Below, in pieces: positions 58,970-64,000 of a stretch of 64,000 bases of DNA; position 1 is the stretch's first letter; every line of letters begins with the position of its first letter. Source of the DNA: Sulfurimonas sp. (lineage in GTDB: Bacteria > Campylobacterota > Campylobacteria > Campylobacterales > Sulfurimonadaceae); NCBI GenBank assembly GCA_965243085.1, contig CBDETZ010000003.1, forward strand, positions 29,720 through 93,719, given 5' to 3'. The notes under the pieces are model-generated. The model saw only the letters and a program-made list of their open reading frames with translations, searched no databases and was not told the DNA's origin. Both the position numbers and the translations under genes were made by a program.

Positions 58970-60840
58970 TTTCACAGGTAGATCACTCTGTTTAAAGAGT
59001 TTAAAATCATGAGTAGTACCTTTGCATGTATGAGCACAAATAATACGTTCATCCTTGTCAATAACGATTTGCCCTTTTAGTGTATGGTTTCTTTTCTTCC
59101 CTGAGTAGTAATCTCTTTGCTTTTTTTTGGTCGTTGTATGGGGGACTCTGTAGCATCAATGACGATAAACTCTAAGTCCATATCATCTCCATATAAAGCA
59201 CGTTTACTTGGTAATGAAAACTTTCCAGATTTTATTAAAACATCTTCAACATCTCTTACTATTCGAGAAGCTGTAGATTCACTTACTCCATAATCAAAGC
59301 CAATATGTTCTAAGGTTCTATATTCTCTGTAATAACTTAACATTAATAGTACTTTTTCTTTTGAATCTAAACTTTTTCTACCACCAACTCCATGGTTTTT
59401 AGTTCTCTCTTTTTCATAGGCTATAAATACTAAAAGCATTTCATTAAATGTATCTTTATTTACACCAATAAGACGCTTAAAATTCTTTGGTTCTTTCTTC
59501 TGTAATTTTTCATATTTATTCATATCAATCTTACCCCAATCCATTAATAACTAGCACTTAAAAGTGGAATAATTATTGCTTGCTTTTGAGAAAAATAAGG
59601 TGATAAGAAAATGGCAATAAAAGCAAGAGATAAATTAGCACAAAAGCGTTTAAGAAAAGGCTATGCAAAAATAGCTGAATCAAATAAACTTTTAGAGTTA
59701 CTATCAAGAGTTCCAGACCATCGTAAAGGTCAAGGTAAACGGCATAAATTAGAACATATCTTATATCTAGCTATATTAGCTGGACTAATGGGAGCTACAG
59801 ATTACAAACAAATTTCTATTTGGATAGATAAACATGTTCAAAAAGAAGAAGTAAAAAAACTTCTAGGTGTAGAATTTATAATAACACCAAAAAGAAGTGC
59901 TGTATCAGATATACTTGCAAAAGTTGATAGTGAGGCAGTAGAACTTTTGTTTAGAGAATGGATAAGAATTTATGTCGATACTACAGGAAAACATCTAAGC
60001 GTAGATGGTAAAGTGATGAATGGTATCAGATATAAAGACCAAAAGGCTATAGAAGTTGTTGGTGCAGTTTTATCAGAGATAGGTGTAGTTATTGCTCATC
60101 AAAAAATTGCAGAGAAATCAAATGAAATACCTGCTTTACAAGCTATGATAGCAGAGCTTGGAGATGAATTTCTCTTTACCTTTGATGCGATGAACACACA
60201 AAAAAACTCTTGATTCTATTGAGCAGAGTGGTTCAAAATATATTGCTAAAGTTAAAGGTAACCAAAAAACACTTCTTGATAAAATAAATGAAATATCAAG
60301 AGAGATAAAACCATCAAGCACTTATAAAGCTAAACCAATCCAGCAATCTAATGAGTGGATAAATAGAGAAGTATTTATATATGAACCAACTACTTTTTAT
60401 CATAATGAAATTACCCATGTTCGCTCAATCATAAAAACTATTAAAAAAATACACAAGACAAACCATAAAACAGGAGAAGTAACAAACAGCACTAGTATTC
60501 AGTTCTGTATAGCAAATTTTCGTGAAAATGCGGAGTTCTTTCATGATAGAATTTTACTCCATTGGAAGGTAGAAACAATGCACCAATACAAAGATAATAC
60601 ACTTTTAGAAGATGACCATAATGCTCATCTAAATCCATTTTTAATGACAATTATCAGAAGCATTATTTTAAATATCTTGCACCTAAATGGTACAAAATCT
60701 ATACAAGAACAACTCATTAACAATAGATGGGATTTAGATGACTCTATCGCTCAACTCTTGAAATTTAGTTTTTAGTGGATTGGGGTGTATCAATCTGATA
60801 GCATTTTTAGTTCCTACTTTTAGAGTTTTGCAAGAAGTCT
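58970..60840 (-). mobile_element. IS5 ISL2-like element, 3'-truncated, containing ISAs1
   Basis: Left IR at 60840; halves rejoin across the tatcaatct TSD. Confidence 0.9.
59532..60787 (+). mobile_element. ISAs1 type A
   Basis: IRs, 9-bp TSD tatcaatct. Confidence 0.93.
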
Positions 60841-61087
60841 AATTTAAAAATAGAACACTCTCCAACAAAAGTTGAAACATCACAAAGAAATCATATACAC
60901 TTATCTGTTCGTGGTTTTATAAAACTTGAGAAACTTCGATTAAACTATAAAATGAACCACTTTGCCATTAAGGAAAAAATATATATTGAGGCTCTCCAAG
61001 TCGCCTACCAAAAAGTTGAAGAATTACAAGTTGCTTAGATTTGTAGCACTTCTTAAACTTTATGAATTTAGATTATCGTAACATCAG
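60841..61087 (+). mobile_element. IS701 3' fragment
   Basis: Transposase tail plus IR ending aacatcag. Confidence 0.9.
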
Positions 61088-61435
61088 TTTATAATATACA
61101 ATGATATAAGTAGGAATATATAAAACAATAGTGATTGTATGTATGATTACGATAGCCCATATTACTTTCATATCTGCATTTTCAGTACTCAAAGTGTAAA
61201 TATCATAAACTAAACTTAGTATGTGCCAAGATAGCAATATAGGTAAATAAGTTTTCCAAATTATTTTTTTAAATATATTTTTGTTTTTTACATACTCAAA
61301 AATAGCAATTAATGAAATAGTGTCTATTAATAAATTAAAGTAAGCCCTTACTCCATAACTAGAATCTATCAGTTGAAATCCGTAAACATATAATGCAACC
61401 ATAACGAAAAGATAAATCTTCAAAGCTGTTTTCAA
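61088..61435 (-). pseudogene. Small membrane protein, probable integron cassette ORF, cut by IS701
   Basis: Starts ~16 bp after the attC R' box with RBS aagga; about 4 TM segments. Confidence 0.65.
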
Positions 61436-61451
61436 TTTGTGTCCTTTTGTA

Positions 61452-61631
61452 AGCTAACGGCAGTCGTGAGCGATAATTTTCCTTTAGGTAAATTATTCGT
61501 TCCTCGGAGACTGTGAAAGAACTCTAAAAAGTCATTCTGAACTTGATTCAGAATCTAGCGTTTAAGGGCTTTTAGATTCCGTATCAAGTACGGAATGACA
61601 GTTCTTTCACAGTCTCTCGTATTTGTTAGCA
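61452..61631 (-). other. Integron attC site (~67 bp) disrupted by MITE-D
   Basis: Minus strand tgctaac...gttagct; arms cgagGaacgaataatttacct / aggaaaattatcgctcacg; starts 7 bp after the HerA stop. Confidence 0.65.
61507..61616. mobile_element. MITE-D
   Basis: 17-bp IR, tcg TSD. Confidence 0.9.
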
Positions 61632-61638
61632 TTTTAAG

Positions 61639-63324
61639 TCACTTCTGTTGCTTTCTTAATGCTTCAACGGCTTGTTCAATACCTTTATCTTCTTTAGCTT
61701 TACTCCATACATCCCAAAAGTCTATGGTTGCACTATTAGGTTTTATTGTTGGTTCATCAATTCTTACTCTACTTGGCAGCAGTGATGCATCTCCAACTAT
61801 CAAAGCTTCTCCAATATCTAAAATTGGTAATAATTCAGAAAAATCTCCTAAATTATCAGGAAATAGTCTTTTGATTACATTTTGATCATCAGGATTAGTT
61901 AATCTCATTGCTATGAAATTCCCACATTGACTTAATATCGTTTTATTTACATCTGAAGGTCTTTGGCTAATAACAACAAGAGAGATCCCATATTTCCTAC
62001 CTTCTTTAGCTATCCTTTCAAAGCTTTGCAGTCCTTTTTCTTCTATGCTCCCTTTAGTCTGAGCAGGTAAATAAAGATGTGCTTCATCACAAAAAAGTGC
62101 TATCGGATGTCTTTTTTCTTCTTCCATCCATTGCTGAATAGAAAAAATTAATCTGCCGATTAATCCAGTAATAAGAGGTAAAATATCAGATGGGACCTCA
62201 GAGAAATCAATAATTTTCAAACCTTTATCATTTCCAAAATCTAATAATTTATTGGCTAATTCTAAAAACCAGTCATATTCTAGGAGAGCATTATCCGCGT
62301 TAAAAATAAAATTTAATCTTTTATCAGATTGCTTACTACTTAATCTTTGCACAAAACGTGTGAGTTTTCCATTTAATGGACCTTGCTTTTCACTTCCAGC
62401 TCTGGCTCCAGGGACCATTTCAGTATCTTTATCTTGTAGTGAAGATAATACATCATTAAGTTTATATGGAATTGGACTTTCAACAGTAAAGTTATTTAAT
62501 ACATCAGTTTTACCATCTTCAACAAGTTTTTCTTTTTTATATTTAATAATTAAATCAAAAAGTGTTCTAGATTGATTTGGAGCATTCGCATCACTTCTAT
62601 CTAAAAGCAAAGATTCAACTTCTTCATAAGATAAAAGCCAATATGGCAAAAATATTGTATCAGTATCACTTGGAGTGTCTGATGGTCCAGCAATTTTAAG
62701 TAACGTAGTATTATGTAAATCTTTTAGTGGTTTATACTCACCATGTAAATCAAATACAAGACTATTAATAGATTGAAGTGCAGAAGCTTTTTCGAGTATA
62801 TTTGCTACTGTCCATGACTTTCCAGACCCTGTTCCACCAACAATAACAGCATGTCTTTGGAAAAATTTATTACCATCTAAGTTTGCATTTGATTCTTCCG
62901 ATATGGTATATTTACCTATTGTTAAAGGATTCTCACTACTTGATGAAATAATATTCATAAATGCAGAAAGCTCGGCTTCTTGTAATAAAAAACAATCTGC
63001 ATTAATACTGGGAACTGTGTCTAATGTTCTCTTAAAAGTATTACGTGCTGTTCCAGTCCTTTCTATAAGCGTACCTACAAGGTTTACTTTAATTATATTT
63101 TCAACAATATAGTCAGGTTCTCCACTTTCGTCAATTTTATCAGAAATTGCCTTTCTCATGATTTTTGATATAAGACCTATGATAGTTTGACCTGTTTTGG
63201 TAGAACGTACTTGAACTATTTGATTCACTTGCACACTGTTTAATAACTCTTCCTTATCTACTTGAACAGTAATACTTCCAGTATCAACACTTTGTACTTT
63301 TCCAATTAATGAGTTAGGGTTCAT
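61639..63324 (-). CDS. herA: HerA-family ATPase (DUF87), partner of Sir2
   Basis: N-terminal HAS-barrel-like region, RHAVIVGGTGSGKS, FDLHGEY, DEAH, IAKEGRKYG...SQRPS. Confidence 0.9.
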   Translation of the reverse strand: MNPNSLIGKVQSVDTGSITVQVDKEELLNSVQVNQIVQVRSTKTGQTIIGLISKIMRKAISDKIDESGEPDYIVENIIKVNLVGTLIERTGTARNTFKRTLDTVPSINADCFLLQEAELSAFMNIISSSSENPLTIGKYTISEESNANLDGNKFFQRHAVIVGGTGSGKSWTVANILEKASALQSINSLVFDLHGEYKPLKDLHNTTLLKIAGPSDTPSDTDTIFLPYWLLSYEEVESLLLDRSDANAPNQSRTLFDLIIKYKKEKLVEDGKTDVLNNFTVESPIPYKLNDVLSSLQDKDTEMVPGARAGSEKQGPLNGKLTRFVQRLSSKQSDKRLNFIFNADNALLEYDWFLELANKLLDFGNDKGLKIIDFSEVPSDILPLITGLIGRLIFSIQQWMEEEKRHPIALFCDEAHLYLPAQTKGSIEEKGLQSFERIAKEGRKYGISLVVISQRPSDVNKTILSQCGNFIAMRLTNPDDQNVIKRLFPDNLGDFSELLPILDIGEALIVGDASLLPSRVRIDEPTIKPNSATIDFWDVWSKAKEDKGIEQAVEALRKQQK

Positions 63325-63326
63325 AA

Positions 63327-64000
63327 TTATAATATCTCCATAAATTTATTTAGTTGCCAATAAGAGCCATCGATTTCTAGACTTATTTCGGTTGAATCTT
63401 TTGATGTTTTATATGTAATTTTAGTTTTATTCTCATTCGAAGAGTCTTCTAAAAAGATATACTTATCAGCATCTTTTAACTCTTCCTTTGTATTCTCTGT
63501 TACTTCCTTTGTTATTAGTACAATAGGTATACCTTTTTTTACTTTCGCACGAATTTTTGGTGTCAGATGTTCATCATTAAATCCAAAACCTACAACAAGA
63601 AAACTGGAAGCGGTTTCAATTAAGCTATCTGATTTTTGAATTAGTTCTCTATAAGGGCTGTGATAAGCTTCTCTATACTTATTTTTGCTTGGTGTTATAA
63701 TTTGAGGCTCGTATTTATCTGAATAACAGTTAATGTATCGAATATCATCATTTACATTAAACCAATTGAGAGAGCCATGTACTTTAATTAAATTAACCAT
63801 ATCTCTATTTTTAAATAAAGTATTATCAAATATTGAAAGCATTTTTCCGTTAAAACCATCAGTAAAAGGGATATTATTATATGATAAAACATATTCCAAT
63901 ACCCTATCATAGTTAGTTGTAATAATATTTACAACTTTTGGATGAGTGTAAATAAGTTTTTCAATTAATACTTTAACCCCATTAAACTCTGGATTGCCTG
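63327..64000 (-). CDS. SIR2-like NADase of a Sir2-HerA anti-phage system (5' part outside the window)
   Basis: Frame is open to the window edge; IITTNYD, KVHGSLNW, GFGFNDEH motifs; 2 bp from herA. Confidence 0.88.
   Translation of the reverse strand, partial: GNPEFNGVKVLIEKLIYTHPKVVNIITTNYDRVLEYVLSYNNIPFTDGFNGKMLSIFDNTLFKNRDMVNLIKVHGSLNWFNVNDDIRYINCYSDKYEPQIITPSKNKYREAYHSPYRELIQKSDSLIETASSFLVVGFGFNDEHLTPKIRAKVKKGIPIVLITKEVTENTKEELKDADKYIFLEDSSNENKTKITYKTSKDSTEISLEIDGSYWQLNKFMEIL

Noticed and set aside
61595-63112. Plus-strand ORFs 61595-61885, 62252-62575 and 62903-63112
   Set aside because: Antisense to herA

Overview
AT-rich Campylobacterota (Sulfurimonas-like, inferred from gene content) region in which roughly half of the 64 kb is IS/MITE DNA. 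Autonomous or once-autonomous families seen: IS3 (2 types), IS630 (2 types), IS701, ISAs1 (2 types), IS5 ISL2-like, IS5 IS5-subgroup, ISNCY-like, IS91 remnant and IS110. There are also four non-autonomous MITE families, called here MITE-A (~269 bp, 11 copies), MITE-B (164 bp, 7), MITE-C (~150 bp, 3 plus a fragment) and MITE-D (110 bp, 2), often nested several levels deep. Intact host islands are a type IV pilus/competence (cts/msh-like) operon at 1.9-11.2 kb and tlyA-ligA. Using target-site duplications to remove the insertions reveals: (i) an Rhs toxin gene with immunity and orphan immunity modules; (ii) two integron attC sites with no integrase in the window, next to defence genes (HindVP-like endonuclease, Sir2-HerA); (iii) a ~9.5 kb rolling-circle phage-like element (SSB-like gene, origin hairpin, Rep_trans initiator, wHTH, M15 peptidase, unknown helical proteins) directly preceded by a co-oriented IS110-family recombinase, which may have been its integrase. 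No rRNA, tRNA or CRISPR array was seen. All family assignments come from motif recognition, not database searches.
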